This document shows, in pieces, positions 25,166-37,298 of a stretch of DNA of 64,000 bases; position 1 is the first letter of the stretch; every line of letters starts with the position of its first letter. Below the pieces are notes generated by a model. That model had not been told where the DNA came from, did not search any database, and was given only the letters and a program-made list of their open reading frames with translations. The stretch spans positions 53,940,001-54,004,000 of the forward strand of contig CM060734.1 in NCBI GenBank assembly GCA_030704615.1, given 5' to 3'. This stretch comes from Takakia lepidozioides. Its lineage: Eukaryota; Plantae; Bryophyta. The translations under genes and the position numbers were made by a program.

Positions 25166-28102
25166 TCACCAGTAATCCCCACAGGAACAAATCCCATCTT
25201 CAAAGTGGTGAAAGCGGTTAGCGTCCCGTACAACAATTGCTCGGCCAACAATCTTTGAGATGAATTTGGTGGAGGTGTGGCAGTCACCACACACTCGAAG
25301 ATTCTTGATGAGACGCAGAGGCGTCCTAGGGGTCGTGCTGATCAGCCCAAAACCAATGGCCAGCTTCTCACTGTGGAGGCAAAGAGAAAATTCCTTTTCC
25401 TCCTCCCCCACATCATGCAATACAAAGCGCGTGTCAGGCACATACCCCGCCTCCTTCATCTGCCCAGACAATCTTCTCAGCTCAGCATGGATTTCCTTAA
25501 TTCTGGGATGCAACTTGTCATCTCCAACGAAGGTGTGCACCCTGTTGCCAACCTCAATGCAGCAGCGACCTGGCTCCTTTCTAACCCCTCTGACCTTCAT
25601 CATTCTTCTCACCTTTGCAGTATCATCCCACCTGCCAGCTGCAGCATAGATGTTTGAGAGCAACACATAAGTCGCGGCATCCTGTTCATCCCGCTTAAGG
25701 ATAGATGTTGCCGCACGTTCAGCCATCTCCACATTGCCATGGATTCTGCAGGCACCAAGCAAGGCCTTCCACATCACAACATCTGGATTGATTGGCATTT
25801 TATTGATCAGGTCCACTGCCTCATCCAGTTGTCCCGCACGTCCAAGAAGGTCCACCATGCAGCCAAAGTGCTTTACTGTGGGAGTGACACCATGATCTTG
25901 ACTCAGGGAATCAAAGTAACGTCTTCCTTCATTCAGTAGGCCAGCATGGCTGCATGCAGAGAGAACACATATAAAGGTGATACTGTTCGGCTTCAAGCCG
26001 TTCTTTTGCATTCCTTCAAATAGTTGCACGACCTCCCTATGACAACCATGCTGGGCATATCCTGCGATCATCGCATTCCACGACACCACACTTCGTTCAG
26101 CCATATTGTCAAATACTCCCTTTGCATCCTCAATGCACCCACATTTCGCATACATGTCTACCAGGGCAGTGTCCAGAATGACATTTGGTCCAATTCCAGC
26201 TTTGATGATGTCACCATGCACCTCTTTGCCCTTTTCCAGGGCTGCCAGGCTTGCACAAGCATTGCAAACGCACACAAATGTGATGTGGTTGGGCTTCACC
26301 CCTTTCCCCATCATTTGCTCATACGTCTCTAAAGCCTCCATCCCGCGCCCCTGCTGTGCATATCCTGCAATCATCGCACTCCATGACACCACATTTCGTT
26401 CAGCCATATTGTTGAACACTCCCTTCGCATCCTCCATGCTCCCACATTTGGCATACATGTCCACGAGGGTGTTGTTCAGAATCACATCTGGTACAATTCC
26501 AGCTTTGGCGATGCAACCATGCACCTCTTTGCCCTTTTCCAGGGCTGCCAGGCTTGCACATGCACTGCATATGCACACAAACATGATGTGGTCGGGCTTC
26601 ACCCCTTCCCCCATCATTTGCTCATAGGTCTCCAAAGCCTCCATCCCGCGCCCCTGCTGTGCATATCCTGCAATCATCGCACTCCACGACACCACATTTC
26701 GTTCAGCCATATTGTTGAACACTCCCTTCGCATCCTCCATGCTCCCACATTTCGCATACATGTCCACCAGGGCAGTGTTCAGGATGACATTTGGTACAAT
26801 TCCAGCTTTGATAATGTCACCATGCACCTCTTTGCCCTTCTCCAGGGCTGCCAGGCTTGCACAAGCATTGCAAACGCACACAAACGTGATGTGGTTGGGC
26901 TTCACCCCTTCCCCCATCATTTGCTCATAGGTCTCCAAAGCCTCCATCCCGCGCCCCTGCTGTGCATATCCTGCAATCAGTGCACTCCACGACACCACAT
27001 CCCGTTCAGCCATAGTGTCGAACACTCCCTTTGCATCCTCGATGCTCCCACATTTTGCATACATGTCCACCAGGGCAGTGTTCAGAATGACATCGGGTAC
27101 AATTCTAGCTCTGACTATGTCGCCATGGACCTCTTTGCCCTTTTCCAGAGCTGCCAGGCTTGCACACGCATTGCAAATGCACACAAACGTGATGTGGTTG
27201 GGCTTCACCCCTTCACACATCATTTGCTCATAGGTCTCCAAAGACTCCATCCCACGCCCTTGCTGTGCATATCCTGCAATCATTGCACTCCACGACACCA
27301 CATCTCGTTCAGCCATAGTGTCGAACACTCCCTTTGCATCCTCGATGCTCCCACATTTTGCATACATGTCTACCAGGGCAGTGTTCAGAATGACATCTGG
27401 TACAATTCCAGCTTTGACGATGTCACTATAGACCTCTTTCCCCTTTTCCAGGGCTCCCAGGCATGCACACGCATTGCAAACAGAAACAAATGTGATGTGG
27501 TTGGGCTTCACCCCTGCCCCCATCATTTGCTCATACATCTCCAAAGCATTCCTACCACACCCATGCTTGGTGAATCCTGCCAACATTATATTCCACGTGA
27601 TCAAAGATCGTTGAGGCATTCTGTTGAACACTTGGTGAGCATCCATGATGCTCCCGCACTTAACATACATGTTGACAAGGGTGTTGAGTAGAAAAACATT
27701 TGGCGTGAATCCACTTTGGATAATGTGAGTGTGCACCTGCTTTCCAGCTTCCAGGCCTTTCATCTTGATGCACTTATGCAAGAGACTGACATACGTATCT
27801 AAATCTGCTGAAATGCCTCCTTGGTTTAAAGTCTGTAGAGCCTCTTTCAGTCTGCCTGCCTCACAAAGCATCTTCACATTCCCAGAAGTGCCAGAAGAGG
27901 CATTGTGGACTCCCTCTCTTGATCCTCTTCCAGAAGCTGTGGTCATGGTTGAGGTGCCTGATTTTATCAAGTGTGCCGCTGCAGATGCTGCCTTCAGTTG
28001 ACCATCTACCCATGCAGGTTTCTTGTAGCTATTGATCCACAGGGAATCATAGGTAATCTTGTGCTTGAAATCTGGCCCTCTTGGATGAATCTGGACCCAC
28101 AC
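25166..28102 (-). CDS. PLS-type PPR-E-DYW editing factor, copy 2 (5 PLS triplets); upstream exons extend to 30379
   Basis: Same architecture as copy 1; HSEKLA, CGDCH and DYW intact. Confidence 0.95.
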   Translation of the reverse strand: MWVQIHPRGPDFKHKITYDSLWINSYKKPAWVDGQLKAASAAAHLIKSGTSTMTTASGRGSREGVHNASSGTSGNVKMLCEAGRLKEALQTLNQGGISADLDTYVSLLHKCIKMKGLEAGKQVHTHIIQSGFTPNVFLLNTLVNMYVKCGSIMDAHQVFNRMPQRSLITWNIMLAGFTKHGCGRNALEMYEQMMGAGVKPNHITFVSVCNACACLGALEKGKEVYSDIVKAGIVPDVILNTALVDMYAKCGSIEDAKGVFDTMAERDVVSWSAMIAGYAQQGRGMESLETYEQMMCEGVKPNHITFVCICNACASLAALEKGKEVHGDIVRARIVPDVILNTALVDMYAKCGSIEDAKGVFDTMAERDVVSWSALIAGYAQQGRGMEALETYEQMMGEGVKPNHITFVCVCNACASLAALEKGKEVHGDIIKAGIVPNVILNTALVDMYAKCGSMEDAKGVFNNMAERNVVSWSAMIAGYAQQGRGMEALETYEQMMGEGVKPDHIMFVCICSACASLAALEKGKEVHGCIAKAGIVPDVILNNTLVDMYAKCGSMEDAKGVFNNMAERNVVSWSAMIAGYAQQGRGMEALETYEQMMGKGVKPNHITFVCVCNACASLAALEKGKEVHGDIIKAGIGPNVILDTALVDMYAKCGCIEDAKGVFDNMAERSVVSWNAMIAGYAQHGCHREVVQLFEGMQKNGLKPNSITFICVLSACSHAGLLNEGRRYFDSLSQDHGVTPTVKHFGCMVDLLGRAGQLDEAVDLINKMPINPDVVMWKALLGACRIHGNVEMAERAATSILKRDEQDAATYVLLSNIYAAAGRWDDTAKVRRMMKVRGVRKEPGRCCIEVGNRVHTFVGDDKLHPRIKEIHAELRRLSGQMKEAGYVPDTRFVLHDVGEEEKEFSLCLHSEKLAIGFGLISTTPRTPLRLIKNLRVCGDCHTSTKFISKIVGRAIVVRDANRFHHFEDGICSCGDYW

Positions 28103-28274
28103 TCTATCCCTGCTCCTTCAGCATTCCATGCCTCTGCACATTCATCCTTGCCTTGCTGCTAGCAGCTGACAATGACAGCCTAGATTTGTTCTAGGAAACA
28201 CCCAACTCAGCTTATCACACTAGTCCCTATGCTGAATTGCGCCTGCTACTCTCTGTAATCTAACAGGCATTCAC

Positions 28275-30379
28275 CTTTTTGCCTCGGTTGTCCCACCATT
28301 GACTGGGGTCAGAAAAGTATTCATTCCACAGCTTCTCCTCATCTCTGTTACCTGTTTTTCGATACTTTCCTGTTCACATTGGCAGTATCATGTCAAAGTC
28401 ACTCCAAACTATTTTCTTTGTGTGAAGCACATCCGAACCCAAGCTTATCACCGGCTTATGGGTAAGGATTTCAAACCATGCACCCAAAATCTCAACCAGC
28501 AAACTTGCAGAATTCAACATGGAAATTTAGGGCCGGTTCTGATACGAGGGAAAAACAGGGTGAAATGTGTTGAAGAAGGTGCCTTCATTAGCAGTGCCTG
28601 ATTTTATCAATTGTGCCGCTGCTGCTGCGGCTTCCAGTTGACCATCTACCCATGCAGGTTTCTTGTAGCTATCCTTCCACAGGGAATCATTCGTAATCTG
28701 GAGCTTGACATCCGGCCCTCTTGGATGAATCTGGACCCACACTCTATATCTGCTCCTTCAGCTATCCATGCCTCTGCATCAATCATGCATACATCCTTGC
28801 CTTGCTGCTAGCAACTGACAATGACAGCCTAGGATTCTTCCAGCAAACACCCCAACCATACTTATCACACTGCTGACTTGCGTCTGCTTCAAACAGGCAT
28901 TCACCTTTTTGTCTCCATTGTCCCACCATTGACTGGGGTCGGCAAAGTGTTCATTCCAAAGCTTCTCCTCATCTCTGTTATCTGTTTTTGGATACTTTCC
29001 TGCTGCCACATCGGCAGTAACTTGTCAAACTCACTCCAAACCACCACAGATTCACCCAACGAGCTAACTAATTCAATATGCAAATTCAGGGCCGAGTCTG
29101 ATATGAGGGCAAAACAGGCTGAGATAGGTCGAAGAAGAAGGTGCCCTCACCACATTGTCCTTGACCTTGTGTCATGACCCATGGAGGATTTGACCGACCA
29201 TCAACCCAGAAGGACCTCTTGTGTGTGCTGCTTGTATCTGTAGTCAGGTAATGTCGAATTGGTCTGTGAGAACCACCACGGTGCAGCTGAACAGGCAGAG
29301 ATTGAAACACGGCTGCTAAGACCAAGCTGACTCTCTCAAGAACCTTGTAAACATCAGAAATCATGGTACTAACAGGAGCCAAGAGCCCACATTTGCAGGA
29401 TGGACAAACTTCACATCGTACATTAAGAAAAAGCCACACCTTGCGATTGCGGTTGTCCCACCATCGTGAAGGATCTTTATAAAACTCATGCCAGCTCTGC
29501 TCCGTGCTCCAAGGTAGAGGTTTGTGCTCGAAAATCCGACAGCATCAACATTTTGACGAGGTCCTTTACTGAGGGGTGTTAGTGAGCCTTCAAACACATT
29601 CATGCAAGATGTTTTGGGCTCCATTGGGCTCTATACGATGAGGAACAACGAACATGTCCAGACTTACACAGATGCTAACCCAGCTTATGTTTGCAGTCTG
29701 GAGACTGTAGAGGGGTCGAAAACGACCCGGGAGGAAGGCGCTGAGCAGCCAGAGTAGTTTCCAGTGTTGGTCGGTTCTCATTTTTTTCAAAGCTCATGAG
29801 GTTCAGGTTATACAAGTTGACTCATGCACTAATAACCTCTGGTTCCAGGTGAAATATGCACATTGAATGAAGGTTATTTGCAGGTTACGGTTATGAAAAT
29901 TTGAACAATATGTGTGGTCAGGTTATTTGCCGATTCATGAACAAATCATAACCTGCGGTGATATTTCAAGTCGGGTCTTTGTTATAACCAAAATATAACC
30001 TGCCTAACCATAGGATATAATTGAAGTACCCTTAGGTAGGCTGCAGAACCTATCGCTCAGGTTGAATGTGCCATTTCAACTTCAATGTACATAGTGAAAA
30101 TAGGACATCAAAAGAAAACTACTATTTGCCACGAAACCATAGCTACTATAACCGTTTCCATCCACTTAAAAGATATCAGGGTCGGTTCTATGTCTTTGAG
30201 ATGCTATTCACTCACAGGTTGAGGGTGTTTCACCGAGTTGTCCAGTACCGGCGGTGTTCTGCGTCCACGGTTCTCTTTTATGCTCATAACCTCCGGCTGT
30301 AGTTACCCTTACCCGGCAAATAACATGTAATTAACCGGGTGGGTCCCTGATAACTGACCAACACTGGTAGTTTCATCAT
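28275..30379 (-). other. Upstream exons of copy 2 (PDF motifs and transit-peptide-like first exon MMKLLWLLSAFLPGRFRPLYSLQ, split by a hAT MITE)
   Basis: PDF half-exons as in the other copies; ATGATG at 30379-30374 is in frame with KLLWLL once the MITE is removed. Confidence 0.7.
29762..30366. mobile_element. hAT-type MITE
   Basis: TIR CAGTGTTGGTC; 8-bp TSD GTAGTTTC (29754-29761, 30367-30374). Confidence 0.9.
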
Positions 30380-30499
30380 TTACCCTAGGTCTTGGCATTT
30401 AAGTTTGTTTGTTTTTTTCTTTTTTTTCTTTTTTTTGGGGTGAAGGCCCGAGAGAGGACAAAATTTTATTTTCCAAGATCTTTGAGAGGAAGAATCCTG

Positions 30500-30935
30500 T
30501 ACGTGGAGACAAAAAGGTTCCACCTTCCCACAGATGAGAAAAGTGGGAAATCCCTCCAGTCTCCCAAGCCGCCCATTTGTCGGAGCATCTGAGGATGAGG
30601 TCTGAATCCACATTGTAATTAAGGAATAAAGGTTGACTAAGGGCCTCGTCGATAGATGCTGGAGTACGCTGAAGGGTCGAATTTTCAGCCATGCATTCCA
30701 GATTGATCTCCAAGCCAAGGATCCAAGGTCGTATGCTCTATGTGGGGGCCCTTGAACCACCCAGCAAAGCGATGGTGGCTAGGAGCCAAAAGCCGGGATA
30801 TCCTCCAGTATGTGTTGTCTGACTAGCATACTCCAAGGTGAGGCCAGGTGGGTGGGGAGCGCGGGGCATCCACTTTGCTAGCAGAGAGACGATCTGCTTC
30901 ATAGGATCGATAATGCCTAATCCACTGAATTTCTT
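30500..30935 (-). pseudogene. L1-type LINE ORF2 post-RT fragment
   Basis: GLGIIDP motif and W-rich tail (GSLAWRSIWNAW); degraded. Confidence 0.55.
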
Positions 30936-31104
30936 TTTTTTGAGTAATTTGAGCCGATCGTAGCTACGGTGTGAGCCTAGCCTCGTGAGCCCAGGAGCTG
31001 GAGGAGGGAGAAACAGGTCCTATAACTGACGACTGGGTTTAGAAGGAGTCCTATTATCGTGGAAGCACTTACGGCACTTAAAAAAAGCGGTATAGAAAAA
31101 TGGA

Positions 31105-31523
31105 TGCTCATTGTGAAGCTGACTGAGGTTCTGTTATTGAAGAAGAGGTGAAAAAAAAAATGTCGGTGAGTCATCATGAAGCTTATTTAGGGTTTCTTGG
31201 ATGAAGAAGAGGTAAACAAAATTTGGATGCTCATTGTGAAGCTTACTGACGTTTGCAATATTCCATCCATGGTGGATGGATGATGGATGGATGAAATATT
31301 GAAGGAGAGGTTAAAAATAATGCGGATGGTCATCATGAAGCTTATTTAGGCTTTGCTTGTGAAGAAGAGGTGGAAAAAAAAATGAGCTCTTATTGTTAAA
31401 CTTGTTCAGGTTTTTGTCGTTGAAGAAGAGATGGAAAAAAATGAGATGGTCATCATGAAGCTTATTTAGGTTTTTTTTTGTGAAGAAGAGGTGAAAAAAA
31501 AAAAAAACTCTCATTGTGAAACT
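31105..31523 (+). repeat. ~60-bp tandem repeat (TGAAGAAGAGGTGAAAAAAA...), left part
   Basis: Repeated units that resume at 44437. Confidence 0.85.
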
Positions 31524-31889
31524 TGTCGTGTGCATACATATCGCTACACAACTACATCGCTGTCCACAACCACACAACACATGTGCACACCAAACACTAG
31601 TCTATCACTAGTGCACCACTAGTGCAGCCACTAGTCCAACCACTAGGCTGTAACTAGCCACCACTAGTGCAGCCACTAGTCCATCACTAGGCTGCCACTA
31701 GTCAATCATAACCGCCCCCCTAGCTATAAGGTATCTGTTGTGGTGTAGTGACAACAACACCAATTGAGGGTGAAACAAGCAGTTACCCACCACATTTCTA
31801 TGAAGAAAGAGAGGGAGAAATGGAAATCCTAGAGGAACCAGCCACTGTGAGTTTACAAGATGAAGTGGTGACTGGATGGACAATCACAG

Positions 31890-32715
31890 CTGATGAGCTG
31901 TGAGAGTCGGCGGACCAATCGGACTGGGTGGAGCACTTGGACGCAACAGAGTTTTGTTATAATAACACAAAACACTCCGCAACGGGTGTTTCCCCTTTCG
32001 TATTGGTCTATGGAAAAGCACCTCTAGTGCCGACAAGTTGGGCTGCCCAAGACGTTGAGGATCCGGCAGCAGCAGCAGCGGTGTTGGAGGAACGTGAGCA
32101 CTTGTTGAAGCTCGCAAAGTACAACATTGCCAAAGCTAGGAAACGGTATAAACAACAGGCAAATCGGAAACGGAGGGAAATCAAGTTTGAGGCAGGCACG
32201 GAGGTCTGGTTGAACATCAAGAATTTTTGACTATCTCCGGAAGTGAGTCCGAAGTTCGTACCTCCGTATGCAGGACCCTTTCGCATCCGGAAGGTTATGA
32301 ATGGGGATGTGTATGAATTGGAGCTGCCGGCAAAGAACAAGGTGTATCCAGTATTCCACGTCTCCCTTTTGAAGCCTTCCTTCAAAGATGAAACGCGTCC
32401 GAATCGGCATCAAGTGTTGCGTCCACCACCTATGCTGTTAGATCATGAAAATGAACCTGAGTACGAGGTGGAGGCAGTGCTTAAGTCGAGGAGGTTCAAG
32501 AGGAGGCCAACCTCAAGTTGCAGAAAGAATTGGAGGACACCAAGGCTGCCCTGCAGCTAGCAAAGGGGAATCTGATTCGAGAAACGGAGTATCTCGTGAA
32601 ATGGAAGGGCTATCATCATGTGGAGGCATCTTGGGTACGTGCCTCCGAAATGGGGAACGCATTCGAGGCGGTTGCAGCTTTCGAAGGGCGACCTCAAAAG
32701 CGGAAGAAGCGTTGA
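31890..32715 (+). pseudogene. Chromovirus integrase C-terminus with chromodomain
   Basis: EFCYNNTKHSATGVSPF, YAGPFRI, YPVFHVSLLKP, YEVEAVL...EYLVKWKGY...SW. Confidence 0.9.
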
Positions 32716-32749
32716 TGGGGACATCAACCTTGGATCGTGGGGGAGGAAA

Positions 32750-33298
32750 TGCATGCTTAGCCCGGCTTAGCTAGCTCAGGAATCCGATTGCAAAAACTTG
32801 TGTTGTACAAATTTTGTTATAAATGAAATGGTTTCCAAATGTTGCGCCTCCTATTTTGTTTGGAATGGTGATGCATGGTATGGTTGGCTAGTGTGTAGAA
32901 TGCATGCTAGCTTACAAAAGTAGGAGAGGTAAATTGGATTAATCGTGTGTTTGCGTAGTGCCAAAATCGGGTGACTCCCATCCAAGGGGCAAGGAAACTT
33001 GCGCCTTCTTTGGGAGTTCACGTGCTAGTGCGCACCTGGCGCGTGCGCGTACTATAACTGCGCTACCGAGGGGGTTGCCTTGTAGTGCGGGCTAACGTGG
33101 AAGCTACGTGCTTCCGTTCACGTACTATAATTGTGTAGCCTCGGGACGAAGTCGTAGTGCGGCTTCGGCGTGTTCCCGTACCTTAGGCCATCATTCCAAG
33201 GCGGACCCAATTGTAGTGATTGGGGCGCACGGTTGGTTCAAGGTTATCTTCCTAGTCAAAAAAAAGTTCAAGGTGAACCTTTATTCAAGGTAATCCCA
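32750..33298 (+). repeat. Putative chromovirus LTR, with PPT upstream and Met-type PBS-like site downstream
   Basis: GGGGGAGGAAA then TG...CA then TGGCATCATGAGC; single copy, so boundaries are inferred. Confidence 0.55.
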
Positions 33299-34820
33299 AA
33301 AGTGGCATCATGAGCGGTCGCAAGCACTGTTGTTGCACTAAGGCGATTCGATCCTCGGGGAGGATCGTTCCTTGGCTGTGAAGTGGGCCAAGAAGAGTGC
33401 ACTGGGAGGAGCTTGAGAGGCTCCACCCTTGGCCGAGACTTGGAGGAAGTCGGCCGAACTAGCTAGTGGAGAGTAAAGTCAAGTGGGGGTTTGGTTTTTT
33501 GCCATGGGACGCCATGGTACGGAAACAAACTCCTTGATGTGGGACGCCACAACTTGGATGTTCGTTTCTACAAAATGGACAAGTCGATGAGGACATCGAC
33601 TCCCTGTTGGTAGGGGTGTGTGTCGCGGCCCTTTGCCTTGAGGGCAGGGGGTCGGGACACGAGAGGGGCTGCCTTTGTGGTGGGGGCGGTGGCAACAATA
33701 GATGCGGGGGCTGAAGCACCCTTGAGTGCCCAAAGGCACTCGAGGAGGCGGAGGCGCTCACTAGGTGGAGCCCCGCACACCGGGTTGCGGTGGGGGTGGT
33801 TCCTCGAGGGGTGGTGGTAGCTTAGCGGGACTTAGTGGGGGTGGCATAGGACTCACCATGGGGCGGAGACCTTGTGGTGGGAGTCGTGGGGAGTCTTGGG
33901 ACTCATCACGGTCCAATGGGGCCGTGGTGGGTGGGCCAAGACTCACCGCGACTCATCACTGGGAATCGAGGGTCTTCGTGGTGGTTCGCCATAAAAGGAT
34001 GGTGTTGTTTGTGGAACCCCCGCGGATAGTCATAGAAGTATATGTAGGGAGTAGTAACCCCGAGAACGGTGCAAGCCCATTGGTGACCAAAAACTAGTGA
34101 GTAAGCGAACGAGCCGGAAAGCGACCAAGGAGTGGGGAGCTATTCCGGACTGCCATCTACCAAAGGGAATTTCCACTAGGCCCAAATTGGTGGAGGGTCT
34201 GTCGCGGGAAGAAAGCGGGACCGTTATGTCCCGGTGAGCAGCCGAAGCTCCGAGTTGGCCCGGTGGCCAGGTTGGGAGTTAGGCGCACGCATCAAAGCGA
34301 GTAACTATGACTTGAAGGGGAGCTTACCGAAGTGAGGTGCGCAACAGGTCATCACCTCCAACCTCACCACATGAGAAACAAAGATGGTCTGACTGGTCAT
34401 CAACCCAGTCTCACCATCGACAGCATGCTCTAGGGTTGGATTGGCGATCAAGCCCGAGTCAACCATCTATAAAATCAAGCGCCCACACAAAACTAGCATG
34501 GCGCACAATCAAGCATGCAGGTATGGAGGGGATCTAAACATAAGAATGAAAACAACAACTCCCCCACACAAAAAACAACTCCACAATGTCGCTCCTGCAA
34601 CCCAGCCCAAACCCCGAATAACTCTTGCCTCCACCTACGGAAAGGTCTCGGCCTACAGAGAAGGTGGAAAGCTATGAGGAAGGGAAGCTAAAGCAATGCC
34701 TATCCCCAATATGCCCTCATCCCAACACTTTTTTTTTCCTCTCTTCTCTCACTTGCATGACCATGAGAGCATCCTGTAGACACTCCTCAAACCGCCCTTC
34801 ATGAGCTCATAAAATAGCGT

Positions 34821-35357
34821 GTGAGACACGATGACCGTTCACCTTTGGCAGTGGTCAACAAGGTGGGTCAACCACAAGCAGCACTACCTACACTGCTCAG
34901 TTTCCCAGGATCGCATGCTTTCCGAGATAATGGACCTGGCCTCCTGTGGGAGGCTCAGTTGCAGCAATTAGTGGAGCCTAATGTCGACAAGCGAGAGCGG
35001 GCTATGGGTTTTTCCACTGGGACCACGGCGGTGCCTTCTCTTTCTGAGGCATCACGTCGTCAGGTGTTGGGGCAAGCAATGGATCTAAATTGCTTGACCT
35101 GGATTATCAGCTTGGCTATGGCTGAGCAACGAAGAGTGCGGAGTGCACTTCCCTTGACGGTCTCTCTGCCTACCGAGGCGGTACAGGCAGTGAGTGGGGG
35201 CGAGCCGGTGAGGACCATAGGGTGTAGACATCCATGGCACACGTGGGAGGTGCTCGAGGTTCAGAGGGAGTTGGCAACCAAGGCGGCTATGATGGATGAG
35301 GTTGGGGATTCTTCTCGGGTTGAGGAGGTCCTCAAGTATAAGATGATGGGAGGATGA
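34821..35357 (+). pseudogene. C-terminal half of retroelement C5-cytosine methyltransferase (motifs IX-X), inverted relative to the N-terminal half
   Basis: RERAMGF...T...LSEASRRQVLGQAMD. Confidence 0.8.
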
Positions 35358-35576
35358 GGCCTTGTCATTGACTGAGCAGGCAGGGAGTACTGCTCAAGAG
35401 GTTGCGACATAGCAACCACGGGACGCGTCCTCTACCTCTAAGTTTGCTGGACTTAAGGTTGCAGTAACGAAGGGCAATTGGGAGCCTGACATTGGACCTA
35501 TTGTCACTAGAGGAGAGAAACGACGTATACGGCGGTTCCTGAGGCTTACAGGAATTGCTTTGCCTCTCGTGCTACG

Positions 35577-37298
35577 GTGGAGGAGCATGAGAGACATGTT
35601 CAGGTTGTGCATCGACCGGGTTTGGTCAATAGGGATGCGGATGGCTTGAGTCGCAATCCATGCACAAGCCAGCAGGATGACACTGGAGTTCGGTGGCATG
35701 GTGAGACGGACGAGGAGATGGTGTCAGGATGGCATGCATCTGCCTTTTTGTGTATCTTGGCATCGGGAGGTCAGGTTGGACCTACAACAGGGATGACTGT
35801 AGACAGAGTGTCTGAGGACCCTGAGGCTAGTGATGAGCCAGGTGGTGCCAGAGATATACATGAGGATTCGGTTGTGTTGGACTACCTCCGCACTGGAGAC
35901 ATGGCAGCTAGTGTGACTGCCCAGGATTGTTATCAGATCCTACAATGAGCCAAGAGGTTCAAGTGGGAGGTGATACACCTGCTTCGAGTGTGGGAGGATG
36001 GTCGGGTGAGGATTGTGCCTCACCCAACACAGCATGCACGGTTAGTGTGGCATGCCCATGCGGAGTTGGGGCATTTTGGAGTGCGACGCACTGATAGTTT
36101 ACTGCAAGGGCAGTATTGGTGGCGTGGTATGCACACAGAGGTGCAACAGTTCATGGCTAGGTGCATGGTGTGTGACAGGGTGCGTGCTTCATTCAACGCC
36201 CCTACACCATAGTTGCATCATTTACCCATCATGGGATTGGGCTACAGGTGGAGTCTTGACTTCATAGGGCCTTTGCCACTGACGATGCGTCACCACAGAT
36301 ATGTGTTGGTGATGGTGGAGCACTTCTCCAAGTGGATTGAGTTGGTTCCATTGCCTAACAAGGCTAGTGAGGGGGCTGTGTATGCATTCTTGGATCGTGT
36401 GCTTAGACGATTCGGTGCTCCAGCTGAGGTACTCATGGACCAAGGGAGAGAGTTCTTGGGGGAGTTTCAGGCTTTGTGTGACAAAGCCTTGATAGACCAC
36501 CGTACCACTTCTCGGGATCATCCTGAGGCCGAGGGCTTGGCAGAGAGAGTGGTGCAGACGGTGAAGAGGGGTTTGCGCAAGTATGGCTTGCAAAAAAGAC
36601 ACCTAGGAGATTGGGATCTTCAGGTACCTTGGCTAGCCATGGGCTACAGGTTTAGCAAGCAAGCATCACTTGCCTCCTTCTCACCATATTTCCTTCTCTT
36701 TGGCCGAGAGCCAGATTTGTCTACGTCTATTCGCATGGAGGCTGCAGTAGTCCTCAACCTTGATGATCCGGATGTGTGGACACAAGCATGTGCCCAGCGG
36801 GCAGAGTTGTTCAAGAGAGTCATGCCTATGGCTTTTGAGAACCTTGCCATTGCACAGCACCGTGATACGTTGAGGTATGCCACTATACGTGGTGGAGGAT
36901 ATCGTCCTGGGGTTCGGAGGTTTAGCCCTGGTGACTATGTTTATTTGCAGCAGACTGCTCCTACGACTCTGGATGTTACTGCAGGGCGTGTTATTCTGAG
37001 GGTTCGAGAGGTGTTGCCCTCAGGGGTCCTGATCTTGGAGGGTCGGGATGACATGACTTGGAAGGACCATGTGCGTAATTGTGCGCCATGTCACCTTCCC
37101 AATGTCGATGGCAGAGTTGACCCAAACTTGGCAGTGGTACCTGCAGGTTTGAGGTGCATGCTCTGTGGGTCTGCCAAAGGAACAGCCACCATGTTGGTGT
37201 ATGATCGATGCTCAAGGGGTTGGCATATGGGATGCTTGACACCACCTCTTGAGAAGGTTCCTGACGGTGATTGGTTGTGTCCACACTGCTTGGGATAG
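35577..37298 (+). pseudogene. End of RNase H, DDE integrase and C-terminal PHD finger (RT and most of RNase H deleted at ~35575)
   Basis: VVHRPGLVNRDADGLSR; HAELGH...CMVC; SLDFIGP, MDQG and GLAE; CMLC...CSRGWHMGCLTPPL...WLCPHC. Confidence 0.9.
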
